NCBI GenBank assembly: GCA_965219445.1
Contig: CBDCNQ010000001.1
Location: forward strand, 160,001 to 224,000
Length of the DNA stretch: 64,000 nucleotides
Reading direction: 5' to 3'
Origin: Longimicrobiales bacterium
GTDB taxonomy: Bacteria > Gemmatimonadota > Gemmatimonadetes > Longimicrobiales > Gaopeijiaceae
Shown: one piece after another, positions 11,161 through 19,526 of the stretch
How positions within the stretch are numbered: the first letter of the stretch is position 1
Layout of the letters: each line of letters starts with the position of its first letter
Translations under genes and position numbers: made by a program
The notes under the pieces: model-generated
The model's input: the letters and a program-made list of their open reading frames with translations, nothing else
Databases searched by the model: none
What the model was told of the DNA's origin: nothing

Positions 11161-12164
11161 AGGCGACCCAGGAGCTAGCCAAGCACGTAGGGGTGAAGCC
11201 CGCGTGCGATGCGCTCAGGGTGCCGCGAGCCACGTTCTACCGTCGTCGGAGTGCATCGACCGGGCATCAGCAGCCCCGCCCGACCCCCGCCCGGGCCTTA
11301 AGTGAGAGGGAGCGGGACAAGATTTTCGACACCCTGTGTTCGGAGCGGTTCGTGGACCGGTCCCCAGCCGAGGTGGTGGCGACGCTGCTCGACGAGGACG
11401 TCTACCTGTGCAGCGAGCGTACGATGTATCGCGTTCTGGCTTCCCAGGTGCCGGTTCAGGAGCGTCGAGCGCAGCGGAGTCATCCCAAATACCAGAAGCC
11501 CGAGTTGATGGCGAGGGGCCCGAACCAGGTCTGGTCCTGGGATATCACCCGGCTGCTGGGGCCGAAGAAGTGGAGTTACTTCTACCTCTACGTGATCCTG
11601 GACATCTTCAGCCGCTACGTCGTGGGATGGATGGTGGCGGATCGGGAGAACTCTGCCCTGGCCAGCCGGCTGATCCAGCAGAGTTGCTTGAAGCATGGCG
11701 TCCAGCCCCACCTCCTGACCCTGCATTCCGATCGAGGGGCTCCGATGACGAGCCAATGCACGGCTCAACTACTCGCCGATCTCGGCGTGACCCGCTCGTT
11801 GGGCCGACCCCAGGTCTCGGATGACAATCCGTTCTCCGAGGCTCAGTTCAAGACCTTGAAGTACCATCCCTCGTTTCCCGGCCGGTTCGGGGATCAGGGG
11901 CAAGCCAAGACCTTCTGTCGCTCGTTCTTCCGTTGGTATAATGCCGAGCACCGCCATGGCGGCATCTCGATGCTGACCCCCGAACAGGTCCACTTCGGTC
12001 ACGCCGATCGGATCATCGCCTGCAGGAAGGCCGTGCTCCGTGAGGCATGGGCCGCTCATCCCGAGCGCTTCGTCTCCGGTGAGCCGAAGCCTAAACCACT
12101 CCCGGAGGCCGTCTGGATCAATCCTCCCACCCCATCCCTCACGACACAGGAGATTGCTCTCTAA
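11157..12164 (+). CDS. IS3 transposase OrfB (DDE)
   Basis: WSWDIT, LHSDRG, DNPFSEAQFKTLK. Confidence 0.95.
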   Translation: MKATQELAKHVGVKPACDALRVPRATFYRRRSASTGHQQPRPTPARALSERERDKIFDTLCSERFVDRSPAEVVATLLDEDVYLCSERTMYRVLASQVPVQERRAQRSHPKYQKPELMARGPNQVWSWDITRLLGPKKWSYFYLYVILDIFSRYVVGWMVADRENSALASRLIQQSCLKHGVQPHLLTLHSDRGAPMTSQCTAQLLADLGVTRSLGRPQVSDDNPFSEAQFKTLKYHPSFPGRFGDQGQAKTFCRSFFRWYNAEHRHGGISMLTPEQVHFGHADRIIACRKAVLREAWAAHPERFVSGEPKPKPLPEAVWINPPTPSLTTQEIAL

Positions 12165-12789
12165 TTGATTTCCAAGAGTGTCTCACTGGCGTTGACAGGT
12201 TCCGCTGGGCTTCGTCGCCGCCCACGCGGACGGTGTGAACATCTCGTTCGTGAAGCATCCGGACGATGTCGAGGATCTGATGGACGCAATGGAAGCAGTG
12301 GGGGGTGAGTCGCTCGGCCTCATTCTGAAGATCGAGACCCACCAAGGATTCCAGCAGCTGCCGGGCATCTTGCTCGCGGCCATGGAGTGGCCGCTCGTGG
12401 GCGTCATGATCGCCCGGGGTGACCTCGCGATCGAGATGGGCTGGACCCACCTGGCTCGGGTACAGGAGGAGATCCTGCGCGTATGTGAGGCCGCCCACGT
12501 TCCGGTCGTGTGGGCCACCCAGGTATTGGAGGGACTGGCCAAGAACCGACTCCCGACCCGAGCCGAGATCAGCGATGTAGCCATGGCCGAGCGCGCGGAG
12601 TGCGTGATGTTGAACAAAGGTCCCTACATCAGCGAGACCATCCGCACGTTGGACACGATCCTCAAGTCGATGCAGGCCTATCAGAGCAAGAACGCGATCC
12701 TGTTGCCGGCGCTGACGTTGGAGGATCCGGACGCCGAGGAGGTCGGGCGCTCAGTGGGGGAGCGACTGGGCCGCTATGGGCGCTCCTAG

Positions 12790-12822
12790 CGGGGCGCTAG
12801 GAAGTCTCGGGACGCGAAGGGA
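12790..12822 (+). repeat. 33-bp direct repeat copy 2
   Basis: 29/33 identical to 5428-5460; lies between the pyk and xerC stop codons. Confidence 0.7.
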
Positions 12823-12853
12823 GAGCTTCGGAAAGTCAAAGGGGCCAGCGCCA

Positions 12854-13768
12854 CTACGAGCGCGGATGTGAGCGCCGGTACACCTGCCGCAACCGCTCCT
12901 TCGACGTGTGCGTGTACACCTGCGTCGTGGACAGTGACACGTGGCCGAGAAGCTCTTTGACCGCCATGAGGTCCGCGCCTGCGTCGAGAAGGTGCGTCGC
13001 GAAGCTGTGCCGCAGAGAGTGCGCGCTCAGCCCCTCGCCGGGGGCGGCATCATCGAGGAACCGTCGGACTACGTTCTGGATGGACCGCTTCGAGAGTCTC
13101 TTCCCGGCCGGGTTGAGGAGGAGGGCCTCACGGTCCGGAGCGCGCGAGGTGGCACCAAGTTCGCGGCGGCGAGGCAGGTACCGGCCGATCGCCCGCCTCG
13201 ACGAGCCGGTGAGGGGTACGAGTCGCTCCTTGCTTCCTTTACCGAGCACCCTGGCCTGCTCCTGTCCCAGATCGAGGTCCGAGATGTCGAGACCGTGAAG
13301 TTCCGACAGCCGGATACCACTCCCGTACAAGAGTTCGAGGACGACCAGATTTCTCGTGCCTCGAAACGTATTCTCCGCGGCCCGGGCCTCGGCCACCGAG
13401 AAGACCGCCTCGATGTTTCCATCAGTCGCGTGCCCCGGAAGACGCTTCTCGATCCTGGGTGACCTCAACGTCCTCGCCGGATCACTGGGCACACGGTCCT
13501 CCAGATGAAGGAACCTGAAAAAAGTGCGGATGGCCGACAGCTTACGGGCAACCGTTCGACGAGTAAGTCCCTTCCTCTCACACCACCCCATGAAGGCACG
13601 GAAATCGATCCGCTCCACGGTCCCCCATCCCCATCCTCCCCCCCCGTAGTGGTCGTCGAGAAAAATCCGCAGATCCTCTAGATCCTTCCGATAGGACGTG
13701 ATGGTCCGAGGCGACAGCCGTCGTTCCGACTCGAGGTGTTTGAGAAAGCGGGGGACGTCGGGGTCCAC
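12854..13768 (-). CDS. xerC: Tyrosine recombinase XerC
   Basis: LYGSGIRLSE, VLGKGSKER, HSLRHSFATHLL, LGHVSLSTTQVY; topA-trmFO-xerC-hslVU context; start taken at GTG 13768. Confidence 0.9.
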   Translation of the reverse strand: MDPDVPRFLKHLESERRLSPRTITSYRKDLEDLRIFLDDHYGGGGWGWGTVERIDFRAFMGWCERKGLTRRTVARKLSAIRTFFRFLHLEDRVPSDPARTLRSPRIEKRLPGHATDGNIEAVFSVAEARAAENTFRGTRNLVVLELLYGSGIRLSELHGLDISDLDLGQEQARVLGKGSKERLVPLTGSSRRAIGRYLPRRRELGATSRAPDREALLLNPAGKRLSKRSIQNVVRRFLDDAAPGEGLSAHSLRHSFATHLLDAGADLMAVKELLGHVSLSTTQVYTHTSKERLRQVYRRSHPRS

Positions 13769-13773
13769 GTCTA

Positions 13774-15153
13774 TCAGGACTGTGGGACCTCGGCGCCGAC
13801 AGACGCTTCCGTCCGTGCACCCTTTGGGCCCTCGATCGAATTCGCCTCGATCCCGCTCGCCTCCATCCAAGCTCTGAAGTCCTTCTCGGCACGGTCGGCC
13901 AGCATTTCCCTCTTTAGAACCTTGTCCTTCACGCGTTGGTTGAGCGGATCAACGAGCCCCCAGTTCGAGTTCATGGGCTGGAAGCGGTCGGCCGCGCTCT
14001 CCCTCAGGTACCTGAACAACCCGCCCAGCATCGTCGTGGGGGGAGGAACGACCGGCGCCTCTCCCGCGAGCACACGCCCCATGTTGATGCCCGCCAGGAT
14101 GCCACTGGCCGCCGACTCGGTGTACCCCTCCACGCCGGTGAGCTGGCCGGCAAAAATCAGATCCGGCCATTCCTTGAGCGATCCGTGAGGCGTCAGGCAG
14201 GCGGGGAAGTTCAGGTAAGCGTTGCGATGTATGGAACCCCACCGAAGGAACTCGCAGTGCTCGAGCCCGGGAATCGACTGGAAGACGCGCTTCTGCTCCC
14301 CGATGCGCAGCCGCGTCTGGAAGCCCACGAGATTCCACATTTGCCCAGCGCGATCCTCCCGCCTGAGCTGCACGACCGCATAAGGCCGTTCCCCGCTCCG
14401 TGGGTCGGCAAGCCCGATCGGCTTCATGGGTCCGAAACGAAGTGTATCCTCCCCTCGGGACGCCATGACCTCGATCGGAAGGCAGCCCTCGAAATACGGC
14501 ACGGTGTCCCAGTCGGGTCCATCGTGTACGTCCCCTTCGAGGAGAGCCTCGATGAAGGCCAGGTACTCCGCCTGGTTCATCGGGCAGTTGAGGTAGTCGC
14601 TATCCTCCTCGAATCGGCCGGCCTCGAAGACGACGCTCTCATCCAGAGAGTCACGATGTACGATGGGGGCGATGGCGTCGTAGAACGCAAGCCCCTCGTC
14701 GCCCAGAGCGCCCTGGATGGCAGAACTCAACGCGTCAGACGTAAGCGGGCCTGTCGCCACGATGGCCGGGCCGTCGGGAAGCGTCTGGCTCTCCTCCCGC
14801 GAGACCTCGATACCCGAGTGAGAAACCACGGCACGGGTCATCGCCGCGGAAAAGAGCCGCCGGTCGACCGCCAGTGCAGAGCCTGCGGGCACGCACGTCT
14901 CATCGGCGCAGTCGAGAAGAACGGAGCCGAGGGCCCGCATTTCCCTCTTGAGCTGGCCGTGCGCATTCTTGGGATGGACGCTCTTGAAGGAGTTCGTGCA
15001 GACCAACTCACCCAGATCTTCAGTCTGGTGTGCCTCGGTGCCACGCACCGGACGCATTTCAAGCAGGGTGACGGCGTGCCCGGCGTGCGCGAGTTGGAGC
15101 GCCGCCTCACATCCGGCGAGTCCACCCCCGACTACGATGACGCGATCGCTCAT
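13774..15153 (-). CDS. trmFO: tRNA m5U54 methyltransferase TrmFO
   Basis: GGGLAGCEAA, ELVCTNSF, FGPMKPIGL, AGQLTGVEGY. Confidence 0.95.
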   Translation of the reverse strand: MSDRVIVVGGGLAGCEAALQLAHAGHAVTLLEMRPVRGTEAHQTEDLGELVCTNSFKSVHPKNAHGQLKREMRALGSVLLDCADETCVPAGSALAVDRRLFSAAMTRAVVSHSGIEVSREESQTLPDGPAIVATGPLTSDALSSAIQGALGDEGLAFYDAIAPIVHRDSLDESVVFEAGRFEEDSDYLNCPMNQAEYLAFIEALLEGDVHDGPDWDTVPYFEGCLPIEVMASRGEDTLRFGPMKPIGLADPRSGERPYAVVQLRREDRAGQMWNLVGFQTRLRIGEQKRVFQSIPGLEHCEFLRWGSIHRNAYLNFPACLTPHGSLKEWPDLIFAGQLTGVEGYTESAASGILAGINMGRVLAGEAPVVPPPTTMLGGLFRYLRESAADRFQPMNSNWGLVDPLNQRVKDKVLKREMLADRAEKDFRAWMEASGIEANSIEGPKGARTEASVGAEVPQS

Positions 15154-15194
15154 CGGCTCATCCGCTCCGCGCTCCCCCGTGTTGGGAGTCGGTC

Positions 15195-17660
15195 CTACTT
15201 CTTTGCTCCACTCTTGCGCCGCACCGACTTCTTCTTCGTGGCAGCCTCGACAAGCATCGACACTGCCTCATCCATAGTGAGGTCGCCCGGCTCCATGTCT
15301 TTGGGCAGACTCGCATTGGCCGTCCCATCGGTCACATACGGGCCATAGCGCCCGGAGAGGATCTGCACGTCATTCCCCGTCTTCGGGTGGGCTCCGAGTT
15401 CCTTCAAGACCGCCCGTCCGCCCTTCTTCTGGTTGAGAAGCGCGACGGCCTCGTCAATGGAAACCGTGAACATTTGGTCTTCATTCGCCAGGCTCGCGAA
15501 CTTCTTGCCTCGCCGCACGAAGGGCCCATAGCGGCCTAATCCGGCCACGACTTCCTCGCCGGTCTTCGGATCCGTCCCCACCGTTCGTGGCAACGAGAGC
15601 AAACGCAACGCATGATCGAGGTCCACGGTCTCCGGTTTCGTGCCCTTGGGCAGGCTGGCTCTCTTGGGCTTCACGCCGTCCTCTCCTTCACCGTGCTGCA
15701 CGTAGGGTCCGTAGGGTCCGACTTTAGCGTACACGGTGAGGCCCGTCGCCTCGTCGACGCCGACCACGTGGTCCGCGGCTGCGCCGTCGACCGGCCGGGT
15801 CCCTTTACATTCCGGATAAGCCGAGCAGCCCAGGAACCGGCCGTAGCGATTCCATCGCACCTGCATCGGCTCCCCGCATACGTCGCATGTCTCTCCCTCG
15901 GCGGCCAGGATCTCCTTGATGATTTCCTCGGACCTGGCCTCGCCGTGCTCGAGCTGGCCCTGAAACGGCGGATAGAACTCCCCGAGGAGTGCCCGCCATT
16001 GAATTTCGCCCTCCTCCACCCGATCCAGTTCACTCTCCATCCGGCTCGTGAACTCGACGTCGAAAATGTCGGGAAATACACGGACGAGTAACTTTGACAC
16101 CGTGTCACCGAGCGGTGTCGGCTGAAACCGCCGTTCCTCATAGTCGACGTATCCACGGTCCTGAATCGTCGAGATGATCTGCGCGTAGGTGGACGGACGG
16201 CCTATTCCCTGCGCCTCGAGCTCCTTCACGAGTGAGGCCTCGCTGAAGCGTGGAGGGGGCTGTGTGAAGTGCTGGGCCGGGTCGATTCCCTTCACGAGCG
16301 CCGCGTCGCCCGCCTCCATGTCTGGAAGCGCCTCGAGGTCATCGACGGGCGCACGATCACCGGCCTCGGTGCCCTCCACATAGAGGCGGGTGAAACCCTG
16401 AAACTTCATAATCGACCCGGTGGAACGGAACTGATATTCCCGAGCCGAACCGGCGGCCGCCGTCAGATCGAAGTCGATGGTGGTCGTGTCGTATAGGGCC
16501 GGCGCCATCTGGCCGGCAACGAAGCGAAGCCAAATGAGTTCATAGAGCCGCGCTGTGTCGTCCTCGAGGAAGGGACGTACATCATCGGGATGAAGCGTCG
16601 GGTCGGTCGGCCGAATCGCCTCGTGGGCATCCTGGGCCGCCTTCTGTTGCTTTCCGATCCAGAGGCGCGGTGATGAAGCGACGTAGTCCTCACCGAATTC
16701 CCCAGAGACCCATTTTCGGGCCGCCTCGACCGCACCTGGAGCGACCCGCGTAGAATCGGTTCGCATATAGGTGATGAGCCCCACGGCACCCCGCCGACCG
16801 AGCTCGATCCCCTCATACAACCTTTGGGCCGTCGACATGGTTCGTCGGGCGGAGAAGCGGAGCCGTTTGGACGCGTCTTGCTGAAGCGTGGACGTCGTAA
16901 AGGGCGCCGCAGGATTTCGCTTCCGCTCTCGACGTTTCACCTCGGTTGCGACGAAGGCGACGTTCTCGACCGCCGCCAACACGGCTTGGGCCTGCTCCTC
17001 GTTGTTCAGCGTGAACGCCTCGCCGTCGATCTTATGGAGCCGTGCCTCGAACGGGTGCTCTTCCTTTTCCAGCCGAGCCGTAATGGACCAGTACTCGACC
17101 GGTTCGAAGGCCTGGATTTCGTCCTCTCGCTCACAGATCAGCCTGAGCGCCACCGTCTGGACTCGCCCGGCCGAGAGCCCGGGCCTGATCGGCTTCCACA
17201 AGAACGGACTCACCTGATATCCGACCAAACGATCCAGAATTCTGCGCGCCTGTTGAGCTTCGACTTTGTTGAGATCCAACGCCTCCGGAGCTTGGAGAGC
17301 GCTTTCCACGGCACCCTTCGTGATTTCGCGGAACGTCACCCGTTCGAAGCGGCTCCGGTCGTCCTCGAAGCCGAGGTGGTGGGCAACGTGATAGGCGATC
17401 GCCTCGCCCTCCCGGTCCGGGTCGGTAGCGAGGATGATACTCTCGGCCTTCTTCGCCTTTTTCTTGATCTCCTTGAGGATCTTGCCCTTACCGCGGATCG
17501 TCTCGTACTTGGGCTCGAAGCCCTGGTCGACGTCGACCCCGAGTTCCTTCTTCGGCAGATCCCGAACGTGCCCGATGGAAGCAGCCACGTCGTAGTCAGA
17601 GCCCAGATACCGGCCGATCGTCCTGGCTTTGGCGGGGGATTCGACGATGACCAGCTTCAC
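15195..17660 (-). CDS. topA: DNA topoisomerase I
   Basis: LVIVESPAKA, ATDPDREGE, ITYMRTDS, GIGRPSTYA, Zn ribbon and C-terminal GRYGPY repeats. Confidence 0.97.
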   Translation of the reverse strand: MKLVIVESPAKARTIGRYLGSDYDVAASIGHVRDLPKKELGVDVDQGFEPKYETIRGKGKILKEIKKKAKKAESIILATDPDREGEAIAYHVAHHLGFEDDRSRFERVTFREITKGAVESALQAPEALDLNKVEAQQARRILDRLVGYQVSPFLWKPIRPGLSAGRVQTVALRLICEREDEIQAFEPVEYWSITARLEKEEHPFEARLHKIDGEAFTLNNEEQAQAVLAAVENVAFVATEVKRRERKRNPAAPFTTSTLQQDASKRLRFSARRTMSTAQRLYEGIELGRRGAVGLITYMRTDSTRVAPGAVEAARKWVSGEFGEDYVASSPRLWIGKQQKAAQDAHEAIRPTDPTLHPDDVRPFLEDDTARLYELIWLRFVAGQMAPALYDTTTIDFDLTAAAGSAREYQFRSTGSIMKFQGFTRLYVEGTEAGDRAPVDDLEALPDMEAGDAALVKGIDPAQHFTQPPPRFSEASLVKELEAQGIGRPSTYAQIISTIQDRGYVDYEERRFQPTPLGDTVSKLLVRVFPDIFDVEFTSRMESELDRVEEGEIQWRALLGEFYPPFQGQLEHGEARSEEIIKEILAAEGETCDVCGEPMQVRWNRYGRFLGCSAYPECKGTRPVDGAAADHVVGVDEATGLTVYAKVGPYGPYVQHGEGEDGVKPKRASLPKGTKPETVDLDHALRLLSLPRTVGTDPKTGEEVVAGLGRYGPFVRRGKKFASLANEDQMFTVSIDEAVALLNQKKGGRAVLKELGAHPKTGNDVQILSGRYGPYVTDGTANASLPKDMEPGDLTMDEAVSMLVEAATKKKSVRRKSGAKK

Positions 17661-18193
17661 TTTGTTCCTTTTCGTGTCATCAGTTTCATGATCTCACCTG
17701 CCAATTCCTCAGGACCGTACTGCTCTGAATCCAACGTGTACTGAGCCCGACCGTATGAGGCCTCCCGGGCAAGTAACAGTGCCGTGGCCCGATCCGTCAC
17801 ACCTCCTCCCTCGAGGAGAGGGCGCGTGGGCCCCTCCTGCGACGCGCGACGAACCGCCACGTCCGGCGACACCTGAAGCCAAACGCTCATTGTATCTTCC
17901 GTAACCATCTTCCAAGATCCCGACTGGGCCGGCCAGCCCCCTCCGGAAGCCACTACGGTATCGCTCCGGGCCAAGAGCTCCTCGGCTACACCGGATTCGA
18001 GACGGCGAAACTCCGCTTCGCCATCCTCCAAAAAAATCTGGGAGACGCTCTTGCCCGCGCTCTCTTCGATCACAGTGTCGAAGTCCTCGAAGTCCCATCC
18101 CAATCGTGATGCCAATTCTCTCCCGACGCTGGATTTCCCGCTGGCCATGAAACCGACGAGCAAGACCCTTTCAGGCATGTCACCGTTCACCAT
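17657..18193 (-). CDS. aroK: Shikimate kinase
   Basis: GFMASGKSSVG, GEAEFRRLE, SGGG, RPLL. Confidence 0.93.
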   Translation of the reverse strand: MVNGDMPERVLLVGFMASGKSSVGRELASRLGWDFEDFDTVIEESAGKSVSQIFLEDGEAEFRRLESGVAEELLARSDTVVASGGGWPAQSGSWKMVTEDTMSVWLQVSPDVAVRRASQEGPTRPLLEGGGVTDRATALLLAREASYGRAQYTLDSEQYGPEELAGEIMKLMTRKGTK

Positions 18194-19388
18194 ATCCGCG
18201 CTCGCCGAGGTACGCGACGTACGACTCGAAGTTCCGTCGTACCTCGCTCATCGCATCCCCACCGAACTTCTCGAGAAACGCATCCGCCACGACGAGGGCC
18301 ACCATGGCCTCACCTACGACAGCCGCCGCGGGAACCGCGCAAACGTCGCTGCGCTCGACCGCGGCGTCCGCGGCTGACCCATCACGCATGTCGACGCTGG
18401 GCAAGCGTTTCCTCAATGTCGAGATGGGTTTCATGGCCCCTCGCACGACCAACGGCTCACCGGTGGTCACGCCCCCCTCTAGCCCACCCGCCCGGTTCGA
18501 CGACCGCCCGATGCGGCCCGCTCTGCCGGCCGACTCATCGGCCACGATCGGATCGTGAACCTGAGATCCCGGCCGGCGCGCGCCCTCGAAGCCCACGCCG
18601 ATCTCAACGCCCTTGACGGCTTGGATCGACATCATGGCTCCCGCCAAACGACCATCCAATTTGGTGTCGTACGAGACGTAGCTGCCGAGGCCAGCGGGGA
18701 GACCCCGCACGACCACTTCGAAGATACCGCCCAGCGTATCGCCCTCTGCATTGGCCTGGTCGATGGCTGCGACCATGAGCGAGGCCGCCTCGTCGTCCAG
18801 CGTGCGAAGCGGTGACGCGTCGACGGCACCGTTCAGGTCCGTCGGCAACTCATCAGGCAACTGCACCTGCACCGCGCCGATCGACGTGACGTGGCTCCCG
18901 ATCGTGATCCCGAAGTCTGAAAGCATCTTCTTGCAGACCGCCCCACAGGCGACTCGAGCGGCGGTCTCACGGGCGCTGGCCCGCTCGAGGATGTCCCGGG
19001 TGTCACGCCTGTCGTACTTCAGCAACCCCACGAGGTCTGCATGGCCCGGCCGCGGGAGGTAGAGCGATCGTAAGACCTTGGGGTTACCGTCCGGATCGGG
19101 CGGGAGTGGTGACATCGACTCCTGCCAGTTCTCGGAATCCCGGTTCCAGATAACCAGCGCCACGGGGGATCCGAGCGTCTCCCCAAGGCGGACGCCCGAA
19201 ATTACCTCGGCACGGTCTGACTCGATCTCCATGCGCCGGCCACGCCCGTATCCTCCCTGGCGACGTTTGAGGTCGGGATCGACATCCCGCTCCATCTCGA
19301 GGGAGAGGCCCGCCGGGAGGCCTTCCAGTATCGCCACAAGGCCTCGCCCGTGGGACTCCCCCGCAGTTCGGAACGACAGTCGCTTCAT
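18180..19388 (-). CDS. aroC: Chorismate synthase
   Basis: TAGESHG, PRPGHAD, ERASARETA, MKPIST, ERSDVCAVPAA. Confidence 0.97.
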   Translation of the reverse strand: MKRLSFRTAGESHGRGLVAILEGLPAGLSLEMERDVDPDLKRRQGGYGRGRRMEIESDRAEVISGVRLGETLGSPVALVIWNRDSENWQESMSPLPPDPDGNPKVLRSLYLPRPGHADLVGLLKYDRRDTRDILERASARETAARVACGAVCKKMLSDFGITIGSHVTSIGAVQVQLPDELPTDLNGAVDASPLRTLDDEAASLMVAAIDQANAEGDTLGGIFEVVVRGLPAGLGSYVSYDTKLDGRLAGAMMSIQAVKGVEIGVGFEGARRPGSQVHDPIVADESAGRAGRIGRSSNRAGGLEGGVTTGEPLVVRGAMKPISTLRKRLPSVDMRDGSAADAAVERSDVCAVPAAAVVGEAMVALVVADAFLEKFGGDAMSEVRRNFESYVAYLGERGYGER

Positions 19389-19444
19389 CGAGTGTTTCTC
19401 AATCCCCAGCGTGGATCATTGTTCATGGAACGGCTCGAAACCAT

Positions 19445-19487
19445 AAAAGGGAACCCCGGTGGGCGTCTACACCCACCGGGGTCCTTT
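19445..19487 (-). terminator. Intrinsic terminator
   Basis: 11-bp stem ACCCCGGTGGG/CCCACCGGGGT followed by a T-run on the minus strand, downstream of the large lipoprotein gene. Confidence 0.7.
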
Positions 19488-19526
19488 CCCCTCCGCAACA
19501 AGCCGAGGCGAGCTAGAGGGAGGGAG

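Larger units (their letters stand above)
10638..12204 (+). mobile_element. IS3-family element, copy 1 (1567 bp)
   Basis: orfA/orfB; IRs TGCCAACTTACGTGAGACAC / TGTCAACGCCAGTGAGACAC plus 7-bp outer extensions; CTG target duplication at 10635-10637 and 12205-12207. Confidence 0.95.
9297..12789 (+). pseudogene. pyk: Pyruvate kinase (long form) split by an IS3-family element
   Basis: RIMVTLP, GMNCARINCAHD, DKGINLP | LKIET, MIARGDL, WATQVLE, ECVMLNKG; removing the IS and one CTG restores a 640-aa frame (...EDL/GFV...). Confidence 0.9.

Noticed and set aside
13936..15348. 470-aa plus-strand ORF
   Set aside because: Antisense shadow of trmFO/topA.
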